Sequence record: OR050627.1
Strand: one strand, 5' to 3'
DNA length: 64,000 nt
The first letter of the stretch is position 1; every line of letters begins with the position of its first letter. Positions 1 to 10,100 of the stretch are shown here, one piece after another. Made by a program: the position numbers and the translations under genes. The notes beneath the pieces were generated by a model that did no database searches, was not told where the DNA came from, and saw only the letters and a program-made list of their open reading frames with translations.

Positions 1-2
1 AT

Positions 3-197
3 CTACGTAGCCAAGCTATAGAGTTCAAATATGAAGACTGGGATAAAGCAATTTTTGTGCCTAACGAATACTTGAACAAAACTACTGCTATGGAATTGAG
101 AAATATGTGGGCAGACTTTACTAGAAATCGTGCACTAAACCAATTGTCATCTAGCAATTTAGAAAATTTATTGTCCGGTAATGGCCAAAGAAGGTAG
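3..197 (+). CDS. 3' end of a gene truncated by the window edge; possibly T4 gp2-like DNA end-protector protein
   Basis: Frame-3 ORF ...EFKYEDWDKAIFVPNEYLN...GQRR* ends with TAG at 195-197. W-x-x-A-I-F-x-P resembles the gp2-family C-terminus, and the gene lies directly before the portal. Confidence 0.35.
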   Translation, partial: LRSQAIEFKYEDWDKAIFVPNEYLNKTTAMELRNMWADFTRNRALNQLSSSNLENLLSGNGQRR

Positions 198-278
198 AAC
201 GTTAAGCCTAGCTAACGTTATTACGTTCATAACGTTAAGCATAACTAACGTTAAACAACATTTTGCATAAGCTTTCGT

Positions 279-324
279 AACGTAAAAGCTTCCGGAACGT
301 AAAAGCTTCCGGAACGTAAAAGCT
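279..324. repeat. 17-bp tandem repeat AACGTAAAAGCTTCCGG x2.7 inside an ACGT-rich intergenic region
   Basis: Units read directly at 279-295, 296-312 and 313-324 (partial). Confidence 0.9.
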
Positions 325-422
325 AAATTTTGCAAAAGCCTACATAACGTCAACAACAAATTACGTTAAGCTAATATATAAACTACCTAACTACACACAA
401 CAAAGTTCAAATATTACATCAC

Positions 423-2135
423 ATGACAGTAGAAAATTTTAATAAAAACATAAACGTCACTAAGCAGAATGACTTGTTGCGTAAGCGTATCTTTAAGGAG
501 ATGCAAAACAACACAACAAAATCGGTCATAAACAAAATTTATAACTCAATCCAAGGTAACCAAACTACCATGGATAACATTATAAATGAGGATGCAGTGT
601 CTCCTGGAAACTTGGCTGGCAAAGCGCAGCAAACTGTTTTCAATACAAAAGTAGCTTCAGTAGCTGATTGTATTGGCGCAGCCTCCGAAATGGAAATTGC
701 AGACATTCTAGATCGTTTTGTTGACGAAATGATTGTATACGGAACCGGCAACAACAGATTCTGCGAACCTGATTATTCTGCAATTGAACAGCTTGATATA
801 ACTGACGATGCTAAACAGGAATTAAAGAACGAAATTGACAAGGCATTTTCAAGAGTTTATAGATTGCTTAAGTACTCACGGCATAACATTCGTAGCGTTG
901 AGGACGTTTCTGCATTAGCTAAACGTTGGCTAACAATTGGTAAACTTGCATACTTTATTGTCTATGACAACCTCGAAAAGCCAACAAAAATATTAGACAT
1001 CATTCCTATAGACTTACGTAGATACACGCTAATTAAGCATGATATTCCAGTTAAAATTAATAATGGAAAATATACATCTACAAAGACCGTTACTTATTGG
1101 ACACTGCATGAAAACACTGGTAATGATCAGTACGGACGGACGATGTATAATTCGGCAATGACTAACTTTACGTACTCGTTAGATAACGCTCAGTTCCAAA
1201 AAGACATATTTACTGATATGGAAATTACTATGGCTGACTGGTCTAGAGTAGAATTTGAGCTATCTAATGTTCAGTCATATACTGCTATGCTACTTAGACC
1301 TTTCAACATTCTACGTATCATGGAACGTACAAGAATTATCTGGGCTGTTATGAACTCACGTTACAGAACAATGTACAAAATTCCGGTTGCTAACTTAGGT
1401 AAGCAAAGAGGTAAACAAGTCATCTCAATGGTTATGAATGACTATAAAGAAAATGTAGAGTTCAATTCAACTACAGGACAAATTTCAGTTAACGGGCAAC
1501 CAGATTTACCATTTAACAAGGATATTTGGATGGGCCGAGGTAATGCAGGTGAACCTGAAATTATTCCGCTAGGAGGCAACGGTCCTGACATGTCAGATAC
1601 ACAATCTTCATTGCTGCCTTTCTATCAAAAACTTCAAAAGGCTTCAAAAATGCCAATGACTAGATTCGAGGAAAACAATTCAGTTTACTGGGATGTTAAC
1701 CCTATGGCAATTTCATTAGAAGAACGTAGATTTGGCAAATACAACGAAAAAGTTCAGCAACAATTTATCGAACCTCTACGTAAATGTACGTATTATCAGC
1801 TACTTATAGCTAATCCAAAATACATTGGCGATACTAACATTTATGACGCACTTAACATTCGATGCAACCGTAACAATGAGCTTGAACAAATGATGGAACT
1901 TGAAACTTTGAACAAGAAAATAGAACTTATCGGAGATGTTAAAGACAAAATGAAAGTTTACGATAAGGATGGTAATGAAGTTCCGCTTATTTCTGCTAGA
2001 TTGCTACTTGACAAATACTTACCACTTACTAAGGCTGAAAAAGAACTTAATGAGAAGTACATCAAAGAGGAACAGGAGAATATTAAGAAAGCTATACAAA
2101 ATCAAACATATTCTGGTGAAAACCAAGGTTACTAA
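423..2135 (+). CDS. gp20: Portal protein, T4 gp20-like
   Basis: 570 aa. LRPFNILRIMERTRIIWAVMNSRYRTMYKIPVANLGKQRGKQ, DIWMGRGNAGEPEIIPLGGNG and FYQKLQKASKMPMTRF match the gp20 pattern; synteny with protease and capsid genes. Confidence 0.9.
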   Translation: MTVENFNKNINVTKQNDLLRKRIFKEMQNNTTKSVINKIYNSIQGNQTTMDNIINEDAVSPGNLAGKAQQTVFNTKVASVADCIGAASEMEIADILDRFVDEMIVYGTGNNRFCEPDYSAIEQLDITDDAKQELKNEIDKAFSRVYRLLKYSRHNIRSVEDVSALAKRWLTIGKLAYFIVYDNLEKPTKILDIIPIDLRRYTLIKHDIPVKINNGKYTSTKTVTYWTLHENTGNDQYGRTMYNSAMTNFTYSLDNAQFQKDIFTDMEITMADWSRVEFELSNVQSYTAMLLRPFNILRIMERTRIIWAVMNSRYRTMYKIPVANLGKQRGKQVISMVMNDYKENVEFNSTTGQISVNGQPDLPFNKDIWMGRGNAGEPEIIPLGGNGPDMSDTQSSLLPFYQKLQKASKMPMTRFEENNSVYWDVNPMAISLEERRFGKYNEKVQQQFIEPLRKCTYYQLLIANPKYIGDTNIYDALNIRCNRNNELEQMMELETLNKKIELIGDVKDKMKVYDKDGNEVPLISARLLLDKYLPLTKAEKELNEKYIKEEQENIKKAIQNQTYSGENQGY

Positions 2136-2152
2136 CAACAAATAGTTACAGC

Positions 2153-2180
2153 AAAAGCCTAGCATAGCGTTAGGCTTTTT
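2153..2180 (+). terminator. Intrinsic terminator after the portal gene
   Basis: aaaagccta...taggctttt hairpin with T-run. Confidence 0.8.
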
Positions 2181-2204
2181 CTTAATTTAAAAATGCAATA
2201 CTAT

Positions 2205-2453
2205 ATGAAAACATTTACATGTTTTATTAATGAAGCTAAACGAAATGAAAATTTACGCAATGACGTTTATGCTAAATTGACTGCGGGCTCATCTAAAGTA
2301 CCGCTAACAGTTATACAACGATTAACTGCAATGATACAAGATAAAAAAGTATCATTGGCTGCAATTTTGTCATTTGCTGAAACTTTCATAAAAGACAAAG
2401 ACTTACTTAGTGAAATTGTTAGCATGCTAAATTCAAATTTTGTTAATGAATAA
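2205..2453 (+). CDS. Small putative internal head protein with T4-like capsid-targeting N-terminus (MKTFTCFINE/A)
   Basis: ORF-track start is 2193; the internal Met at 2205 gives MKTFTCFINEAK. Lies between the portal and protease genes. Confidence 0.55.
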   Translation: MKTFTCFINEAKRNENLRNDVYAKLTAGSSKVPLTVIQRLTAMIQDKKVSLAAILSFAETFIKDKDLLSEIVSMLNSNFVNE

Positions 2454-2500
2454 CACTATTGCGTAGTATACATACTAAAACCTACAATATTTAACAAATT

Positions 2501-5500
2501 ATGAACAACACACAGAACTTAGGTTTTCTTGTCGAAAATCATGTTTCGCATAACGTCTTCAAAAGAATTGACGAATCTGTTGCGTTACCAGACGGAGTTC
2601 TGATGCTTATGCGAGGTACGTTTATTCCTATGGACGTTCCTGGTGAAAACGGCCGATGGTACACTTACGCTGACTATGCACCGCAGGTAGAAATGTTACT
2701 ACCTAAAATTGCTAGAAAGGAATGTTTTGGAGAAATTGAACACCCTCAAAGAGTTCACGTTCCTTACGACTTAGCGTCTCACAGAGTTGAGGAAGTTTAC
2801 TACGACAAAGCATCAAATTCTTGGATTGGCACTATAGCAATTTTAGATACTGAAAAGGGTAGAGCAGTCTATGACATCGCCAAAACTGGAGCGCCTATAT
2901 ACGTTTCGCATAGAGCATTAGGTTCAGTTGACCAAAAGACAGGTAAAGGAATTCTACTTAAATTGTTGACTTGGGACGTTACTTCCAATCCATCATTTAA
3001 AGCTGCAGAATTTTCAAGAGCCGAACTTATCAATGAATCTGCTTACGTTTACTTGCCACTAGAAGGCGAAATGCTTAACGAATGCTATGCTGAACTTGGT
3101 TTAACTGCAGAAGACTTTATTAATGAATCTACTGTTACGTTAACGCAAAACGAATTGTTAGCTATGCTTAACGAAGCTGCTAACAATGCAAATGCTTTAG
3201 CTACTGAACGTTACGCAAAGCTTTTAGCTAACGCAATAAACGTAACTGACAATTTTGTTAATGAGCATATTGCGGTTCAGCCATCACAAGTAATTGACGT
3301 AGTTAAGAAAATTAAAGAACGTCCTTGGATGACTGCACAGGAAATGCTTGACCCGGAATTCAAATTTAACGATGAATATATGCATCCTTTAGATTTAATT
3401 GCTGCTATGCAAGCACTTGCTAGTGAAGGAATGCTGTATGACGAAGATGCTCCTGGCTTTGATGAAAAAGAACCTCAAGTAGCATCTATAATTGCAATAC
3501 CTCAACTAGAGGACGTAATTGCTAATTGGCAAATGGAACAGGATGCTTTAGCTGCAGATGCTATTGCCGCCGAAGAAGCTAAAGCTGCTAAATATGCAAA
3601 CGAATCTGCAGACTTCGTAAATAATTTTGCATCTGAATATGCTTTTGTAGGTCCTTATGAAGCTACTAAACAGGCAGTTGCTGCATTAACTGGTAAAGCT
3701 ATTTGCGATCTTTCAGAATCTGTAGAGGCTAGAATTTCTGACATCATGGTTAACGCCAAACCTGGTAATGCAGAAGAGATTATAAATGCTTTAGTCGATG
3801 CAGATTTGTACGCTAATGAAGCTTTGGCAGCTGCTAGCGATCCTAGCAAAAATAAACAAATGCTACAAATTTTAGTTAACTTTACAAAATATGTTGAACT
3901 AAAATTACATGTATTCCATCACAACACTAAAAGCTTTTCACAGCATAAAGCTTTCGATACTGCATACAAAAGCTTCCAAAAGCTAACTGATAGCATAATT
4001 GAACAAGCTATGGGATATAGCGGCGAACGTTACGATAGCATCGACCTTTCAGTTTCTATGCCAATTGTATATGCCGACGATTCTGGCGCAGATGTTATCG
4101 AATCACTTTATTCATTGTCAAAAGTTATCAAACTAATTTCTGAGGATTGGATTGCAGGAGGACTTTCTACGCTATCCGATGATGTTTCAGGAATTGCTGC
4201 TCAGCTTTCTTACTTAATGACGTTAAACGAATCTAAGCTTGACGAATTTGCTAATGAGGGCGTTGCTAGCTGGCTTAAAGATAAGTGGTCTAGGCTTAAA
4301 CGTTGGGCTAACTCAAATATGGATGCTACTGTAACTATTGATGGAGTAGACTACGTTATCGACGACATTCAGGAAGACGACAAAGTAATTTGCAGAGACT
4401 CCGATGGCAGAGCCAAAGAATTTACCTTCGATGAGGTTTATAAATACTTAAACGAAAACAACATATTACAACCACAAACAATGGCAAATACACACATTAA
4501 TGAGGGCGTTGACGAAGCAAAAGCAAACGTTCTAGCTATTCTTTCAGGAGCAAAATTTGTAAGCTCTGCAGATAGCGCAACAGATTATGATTTTTCAATT
4601 GAGGACGATGGTATTATTGCAGCTTCTGATGAAGTAGCTTTGGATATACTGACTGTTCTTAAAAATAACGCAGTCACTGCTTCCGTAGATGGCGCTAAAG
4701 TAAACATAACTTTCGGAATTGTTCCTGCAGTAGTTACTGACCAAATTAACGAATCTTTGGAGGACTTCTGCCAGAAAATGCTAACTTATGCTAACGAATC
4801 TGGTGTAGCGGAACACATTATTAACGCTGCTACTGCAATTCAGAACATTAACTGTGTAACTAATATAAACGAATCTTACGTTACTTACTGCGAACAAATT
4901 TTAGAATTTGCTAACGAATCCGGTGTAGCTTCTGACATTGCTAACGCTAATGCATTGTTACAAGGTGCTTTATCAGTAAAATTTGCTAACGAAGCTGACG
5001 AAACAGCAGCAATTGTATCTGATGCTACTATCGCTGGAGATGTTGCAGTTGATGACGTTAACGCAAGATATGCTGTAGGATGTACATTCTCAGTAGATTC
5101 TCAAAATTTCATAGTTGCTGAATTTGACGGTACTAACGTAGTAACTACTACTGGTGAAACTTTCACTGTAGCTGAATTGAAAAAAGAAGATGACGCTCCA
5201 ATTCCTGGAACTGATGATGCTTTAGAACCTGGTGCTGCTGTAGAAGGCGATAATGATGTTGATATGACTGTAACTCATGTAGGAACTATCGGTTCAATTG
5301 CAATTAATGAATCAGCATATAGCAAAACAAACAAACCAAAAATTGGCGATAAAGTTACTTTCATCATGGATAACCCAGATGGTCCTGGATTCGGAGGAAT
5401 TAAAAATGGCAAAAAAGTTACCGCTACTGTTTCAGATTTTGGCGACTGGGAAGGTGATGGTTATTCACTTGACGTAGTACTTACTGGTGTTTCTGAGGAA

Positions 5501-6544
5501 TACAGCGTTTACACTACTGAACTTATAAATGAAAGCGCTACTAAACCTAAAGTTGGCGACAAAGTTAAAGGTTCAAAAGATTTAACTGCAGGTAAAATTG
5601 GTACAGTTACTGAACTTGGTATGAATCAAGCTACAGTAGACTTCGGTAATGGAAACGCTTATGGAATTTCTTATGAAAGATTCGGTAATGAATTTACTTT
5701 CGTTAATGAATCTTTAAAGTATAAAGTCGAAGATTTTATTTCTGATGTAACTTACAGAGATGGCGTTGGTTATATTGATTTTGGTAGTGAAGTTAAATTC
5801 TCTGGATCAGGCAAAACTTTAACTGTTACTATTGCAGATGACGTTAATAAAAATAAAATTGTCAAGGCTATGGACGCTTATATTAAACAAAATGGCGGAA
5901 AATCTAATGGCTTAGTGTATACATTAAATGAAGCTGCCGAGGATTTAACTGATTTACCTAGCGGAACTGCAGAGAACATTGACCACAAAGTTATCGAGGA
6001 TGGTAATGAAACTAACATTCCAAACAACCTTGATAAGCCGCTAGAAAACAAATTGGCTGAGGACTTCCTTGCTAGAGCAGACAAAGCTGTAACGTTCGAG
6101 CAATGGATCGTTGACCAGGCTGCTTCAAATGACTTAGTAACTCCTCAATTAGTAATGACTGTGAAAACTATTATTTCTGATATGGAAGTTAAGCAAATGA
6201 TTAACGAATCTGCCGTGCTTACTGCAGCATTTATTAACGAATCTGCCGAAGCTACTGAACAATCTAAGCACTTAAAGCTTATTGGCGACCACATTGGACA
6301 ATCTCACAAATATATGTTTGAACACTTGAACGAATCTGCAAAAGGAGTTCTAGTTGCTCAAGCTGAATTGTATAATTTGTCTAGCCAAAATATCCACGAC
6401 TTCCTTGATACAAGAAACTGGGCCCAAATCGCTAATACTACAATTAACGAATCAGTCGCTCAAATTTCTGCAAATATTCAACAAAACGACTGGAAAGCTG
6501 CGCTTAAAGCATCTTTCAGAGCAGGTAGATATCAAACAATTTAA
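2501..6544 (+). CDS. gp21: Prohead protease (T4 gp21-like) fused to a long scaffold/cargo polyprotein
   Basis: First ~190 aa carry GENGRWY, FGEIEHP (His), YVSHRALGSV (Ser) and TWDVTSNPSF. The remainder is acidic with 21 [ILVA]NE[SAG] motifs, a Dps-like segment and two KOW/SH3-like segments. Confidence 0.88.
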   Translation: MNNTQNLGFLVENHVSHNVFKRIDESVALPDGVLMLMRGTFIPMDVPGENGRWYTYADYAPQVEMLLPKIARKECFGEIEHPQRVHVPYDLASHRVEEVYYDKASNSWIGTIAILDTEKGRAVYDIAKTGAPIYVSHRALGSVDQKTGKGILLKLLTWDVTSNPSFKAAEFSRAELINESAYVYLPLEGEMLNECYAELGLTAEDFINESTVTLTQNELLAMLNEAANNANALATERYAKLLANAINVTDNFVNEHIAVQPSQVIDVVKKIKERPWMTAQEMLDPEFKFNDEYMHPLDLIAAMQALASEGMLYDEDAPGFDEKEPQVASIIAIPQLEDVIANWQMEQDALAADAIAAEEAKAAKYANESADFVNNFASEYAFVGPYEATKQAVAALTGKAICDLSESVEARISDIMVNAKPGNAEEIINALVDADLYANEALAAASDPSKNKQMLQILVNFTKYVELKLHVFHHNTKSFSQHKAFDTAYKSFQKLTDSIIEQAMGYSGERYDSIDLSVSMPIVYADDSGADVIESLYSLSKVIKLISEDWIAGGLSTLSDDVSGIAAQLSYLMTLNESKLDEFANEGVASWLKDKWSRLKRWANSNMDATVTIDGVDYVIDDIQEDDKVICRDSDGRAKEFTFDEVYKYLNENNILQPQTMANTHINEGVDEAKANVLAILSGAKFVSSADSATDYDFSIEDDGIIAASDEVALDILTVLKNNAVTASVDGAKVNITFGIVPAVVTDQINESLEDFCQKMLTYANESGVAEHIINAATAIQNINCVTNINESYVTYCEQILEFANESGVASDIANANALLQGALSVKFANEADETAAIVSDATIAGDVAVDDVNARYAVGCTFSVDSQNFIVAEFDGTNVVTTTGETFTVAELKKEDDAPIPGTDDALEPGAAVEGDNDVDMTVTHVGTIGSIAINESAYSKTNKPKIGDKVTFIMDNPDGPGFGGIKNGKKVTATVSDFGDWEGDGYSLDVVLTGVSEEYSVYTTELINESATKPKVGDKVKGSKDLTAGKIGTVTELGMNQATVDFGNGNAYGISYERFGNEFTFVNESLKYKVEDFISDVTYRDGVGYIDFGSEVKFSGSGKTLTVTIADDVNKNKIVKAMDAYIKQNGGKSNGLVYTLNEAAEDLTDLPSGTAENIDHKVIEDGNETNIPNNLDKPLENKLAEDFLARADKAVTFEQWIVDQAASNDLVTPQLVMTVKTIISDMEVKQMINESAVLTAAFINESAEATEQSKHLKLIGDHIGQSHKYMFEHLNESAKGVLVAQAELYNLSSQNIHDFLDTRNWAQIANTTINESVAQISANIQQNDWKAALKASFRAGRYQTI

Positions 6545-6586
6545 AGTTAGGTTTTAAACAACGTGTGTTACACGTATATTTGAATG

Positions 6587-6618
6587 AACCCGGATTCTTT
6601 TTAGAGTCCGGGTTTTTT
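6587..6618 (+). terminator. Intrinsic terminator after the protease gene
   Basis: aacccgga/tccgggtt stem with T-run. Confidence 0.85.
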
Positions 6619-6714
6619 GTGTAGACTAAAGTCAATACTACGTATAAAATTTTCAAAAACTTTTCAAAAAAGTGCCCAAAATGGCCCATTTTTAAAACAA
6701 ACCTCGGGGTGGTG

Positions 6715-6722
6715 TATAAATA
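6715..6722 (+). promoter_or_regulatory. T4-type late promoter TATAAATA (capsid gene)
   Basis: Exact T4 gp55 late consensus 33 nt before the MCP ATG. Also exact at 43057 and 63214. Variants TATACATA at 2467, 26876, 32409 and 60121. Confidence 0.75.
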
Positions 6723-6754
6723 ATTTAACAATAACAAAAATAAAACATTTTCAC

Positions 6755-8476
6755 ATGCAAACATTATTTCCAAATGCTAACCAAGTTAGCAACATGGTAG
6801 ACAGATGGTCTGAATTTATTAACGAAGCAGCTCCTAAAGGTGGTAGTACTCTATCTGATGGTAAAAGAGCAATGATTGCTCAGGTTGCAGAATTCCATGC
6901 TCATGGTAAGGATATCGCAACTGGAGGATTCTTGAACGAATCTATCATCGGTACAAATATTATGTCAAACGGTGCTAACATGAACGGAATGGGTTCTATT
7001 ACTCTTCCTACTAACGTTAAAGCTGGATTTACTCAATTCAACCAACAAACTCCTGGTTCTGGTGATGTTCCTGTGACTGTGCTTTCAATGGCAATGTCAG
7101 TAGCTGCGACTACTATCGGTTTTGATTTGTTACCTACTATTCCAATTTATCAGCCTGCAGTAATGCTACAGTATGTAGATTACCTTTACGGTGGTGGTAA
7201 ACTTGATTCTGCTGATAACCCTCCTTTGATCGTTATGGCTAGAATCGAGGAACTTAGAGGACACCTTGATCTTAGACAAGGTTCTAAAGTTGCTATCCAC
7301 TCTGTTGCAGGTGATGCTACTTCTGGATGGACATTCGAGTTCGTTGGATTTACAAGATTAGAAGGGTATGCAACTTTAAAAGTTGACACTTTCGCTAACA
7401 AAGTAACTCCTGCATTAGGCACTCTTGCTTTAGTTGAATTTACTATTGATGGTGGCGCTCCTATGACTATTGCTCCTGCAGGAAATCCTAAATTAGAATT
7501 GGCTAGAGCGGTTGAAAACCACTTCTCAATGTTCACTGCTTACGGAAACCTTGATGGTGAAGGAGTTGATAGAGCTGAAGCTGAAAAGGGTACAAGATCA
7601 GTTATCGAAATGAGAACTTACTCTAAAGTAGTAAGAACTAAAGAACATGCTGTAGAAGGTATCGTTTCAAGACAACAAGCTAGAGATATCAAAGCTATGG
7701 GTCTTGATGCATTCCCTCAATTGAAAGTTGCAATGCAGAATGACATCTCTCAGTCATTAAACAAGGAAATCCTTATGAGAATGAGACAGATGGGTGTTTC
7801 TACACACTTAATGTTACAGAAATCTCAGGGAGTTAACTTGAACACTTACATTGACTTACCTGCTAACACTTCTAAGCCAATCGTACAGTTTAAAACTTCT
7901 CCACTTATCGACAAGAACGGAGTTAACCAAACTGCTAACTTCTTACCGGCGCCTAACTCTGAAACTAACTCGGCTGCTGAAAACCTTTGGACTAGACAAA
8001 GAAGAGTAACTTCTACCATCATCACTGGTGCTGCTCTAGTAGGACAGGCTTCTTTCCACGGTTCTGCTGATGCTGTAGTTGTTAACTCTCAGTTAATGGC
8101 TGCCATTAAGGAATCTGTTGGTTACCAACCAGCTACTATCGAGAACAAAATCTCTCAGTCTACAAAGGCTCTTTATTATGCAGGTACTATTTCTGACGTT
8201 GCAGTTTACTGTGACCCTAACATGAAATGGAACGATACTACTGCTATCTTGGCTAGAACAGGTAAAACTGATGACGGTCTAGATATTAACCAATTGGCAG
8301 AAGGGCTAGTTTTTCTTCCGTATGTCTTGAGTTCGGAAGTTGAAATTATCACTGAAGGAACTATGGGTCCTAAAGCGTTAATCGAAACTGTTTATGCTAT
8401 CGGTGAAATCGGTATCAGACCAGAACTTGCTTACTTAACTATCGTATTCGATAACGGATTTGGTAGATGGGCATAA
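6755..8476 (+). CDS. gp23: Major capsid protein, T4 gp23-like
   Basis: Start moved to ATG 6755, downstream of TATAAATA 6715-6722. Contains the gp23-type segments GFDLLPTIPIYQPAVMLQYVDYLY, SRQQARDIKAMGLDA and MQNDISQSLNKEIL. FINE/A (E24) and FLNE/S (E62) are predicted maturation sites. Confidence 0.92.
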   Translation: MQTLFPNANQVSNMVDRWSEFINEAAPKGGSTLSDGKRAMIAQVAEFHAHGKDIATGGFLNESIIGTNIMSNGANMNGMGSITLPTNVKAGFTQFNQQTPGSGDVPVTVLSMAMSVAATTIGFDLLPTIPIYQPAVMLQYVDYLYGGGKLDSADNPPLIVMARIEELRGHLDLRQGSKVAIHSVAGDATSGWTFEFVGFTRLEGYATLKVDTFANKVTPALGTLALVEFTIDGGAPMTIAPAGNPKLELARAVENHFSMFTAYGNLDGEGVDRAEAEKGTRSVIEMRTYSKVVRTKEHAVEGIVSRQQARDIKAMGLDAFPQLKVAMQNDISQSLNKEILMRMRQMGVSTHLMLQKSQGVNLNTYIDLPANTSKPIVQFKTSPLIDKNGVNQTANFLPAPNSETNSAAENLWTRQRRVTSTIITGAALVGQASFHGSADAVVVNSQLMAAIKESVGYQPATIENKISQSTKALYYAGTISDVAVYCDPNMKWNDTTAILARTGKTDDGLDINQLAEGLVFLPYVLSSEVEIITEGTMGPKALIETVYAIGEIGIRPELAYLTIVFDNGFGRWA

Positions 8477-8519
8477 GCCTAAAGGCTAATCCTAGCGGAT
8501 AATGCTTTATAACAATATG

Positions 8520-8552
8520 AACCTCGGTTACTTTTTGTAGCCGAGGTTTTTT
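8520..8552 (+). terminator. Intrinsic terminator after the capsid gene
   Basis: aacctcgg/ccgaggtt stem with T-run; two small hairpins upstream at 8478-8500. Confidence 0.85.
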
Positions 8553-8609
8553 GTATAAATTTAACACAAAATATTTTCATATGTTAAATAAAATGATTAA
8601 ATTTACATA

Positions 8610-10067
8610 ATGATTAAACGTAAAAGACTTACATATAGCGACGTTATAGCCGACTGCAAAAAGACACACGATAATTACTATGAATATGTAGATACTTCTG
8701 CAACTTGGTATAAGAAAACTGACAAACTTAGAATTATATGTCCAGTTCACGGAGAATTTGAACAATCTGGTAAAAATCATAGTAATGGCCAAGGATGTAC
8801 TAAATGCAAAAAGAACATGCAGTCATACGACCAAATTATGTCAAAAGTTTTAGAAGTTCATGCTAAACGAGGATATGCTTACGAAGATACTTCTGCAGAA
8901 TATACTGTGTCTACATCGTCTATGCTTAAAGCTAACTGTCATAAACATGGCAAATTTGAAGTCGGCGCGCATGCGCATAGTGTTGGCGTACTAGGCTGTC
9001 AAGGTTGTTATACTGATGATTTAGTTGAACGTCAAAGATATAGTAAAGATGAAATGCGCAATATTTGTACAGATATTTTGGCTAAACGAAACTTATCCAT
9101 TATAGACATTACTTTTTATGTCGATAAAGCAAATTCTAATTTTATAATAAATTGCCCTAAACATGGTAACTTTGAAAAGAACGCATATCAGATACTATTA
9201 AAACAAGGCTGCCCTAATTGTGTAGGTTACAACTCATCTAAAGCCGAAATATTTTTAAGAGATCATTTAGTCAGTAACGGAATTTTAGATGCTGTAGGAC
9301 GTAAACGTTTTAGACATCATGAAACTAATAAACTTTATGAAATTGACTTACAATCACCAAGCTTAAAAATTGGCATAGAATTTAACGGAATACATTGGCA
9401 TAGAGGTGAAATTTTTAAGCATAAGCATATGTTAAAAACTACAAGTCTAGACTATATGAACTGGCAGCTAATCCATATTTTCGAGGACGAATATCATACG
9501 AAGTTTAACTCAGTAATGTCAATGATTAATCATAAACATGGAGTCACTAAACAAAAAATTCATGCCAGGAAAACTAAGACTGCCCTAATTGACGAAGATA
9601 CTTATACACAATTCTGTAATGAAAATAGCGCACAAATTTTTGACAAACTAGCATTTAATTACGTCGGACTATATTTGGCTGAAACATTAGTTAGCGTAAT
9701 TGCTTATAACGTAGATAGCAAAGCTAACGTAAACATCATAAACATTGCAATGCTAAACAATCATACGATAATTGGTGGAGTTGGCAAATTAGTAGCTTAC
9801 ATAGAACGTTCAGAACGTCCGGCATCAATAACTGCTACGCTAAACAGGCAATTCTCAACTAAGCATAACGTTTTTGAAAAGTTAGGATTTGATTTTGTTG
9901 AATATACTGAACAAAATTTTATGTACAGTATACATAGTAGTACTAGGATTTTGCCAGAACACACGCCCATCGAACATCAAATAGATTACAACAAAGTCTG
10001 GGATGTCGGTAACATTATTATGAAAAAAGTGTTCAAATTATTTTCATATGTCATTTATTTTTCTTAA
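8610..10067 (+). mobile_element. Free-standing homing endonuclease: Zn-ribbon repeats + PD-(D/E)xK (DUF559/Vsr-like) nuclease + C-terminal GNAT-like domain
   Basis: Three I-x-C-x-x-HG-x-F...G-C-x-x-C repeats; YEIDLQSPSLKIGIEFNGIHWH; KIHARK. Inserted immediately after the capsid gene with its own promoter at 8581-8605. Confidence 0.75.
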
Positions 10068-10100
10068 ATTTACATATAATTAAAAAATAAAGATAACATT

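Noticed and set aside
279-324. CRISPR array
   Set aside because: The units are contiguous with no spacers, and there are no cas genes.
6354-6773. ORF-track entries 6354..6557 and 6516..6773, and the MCP start at 6617
   Set aside because: They overlap the protease 3' end, a terminator and the late promoter; the capsid start fits ATG 6755 better.
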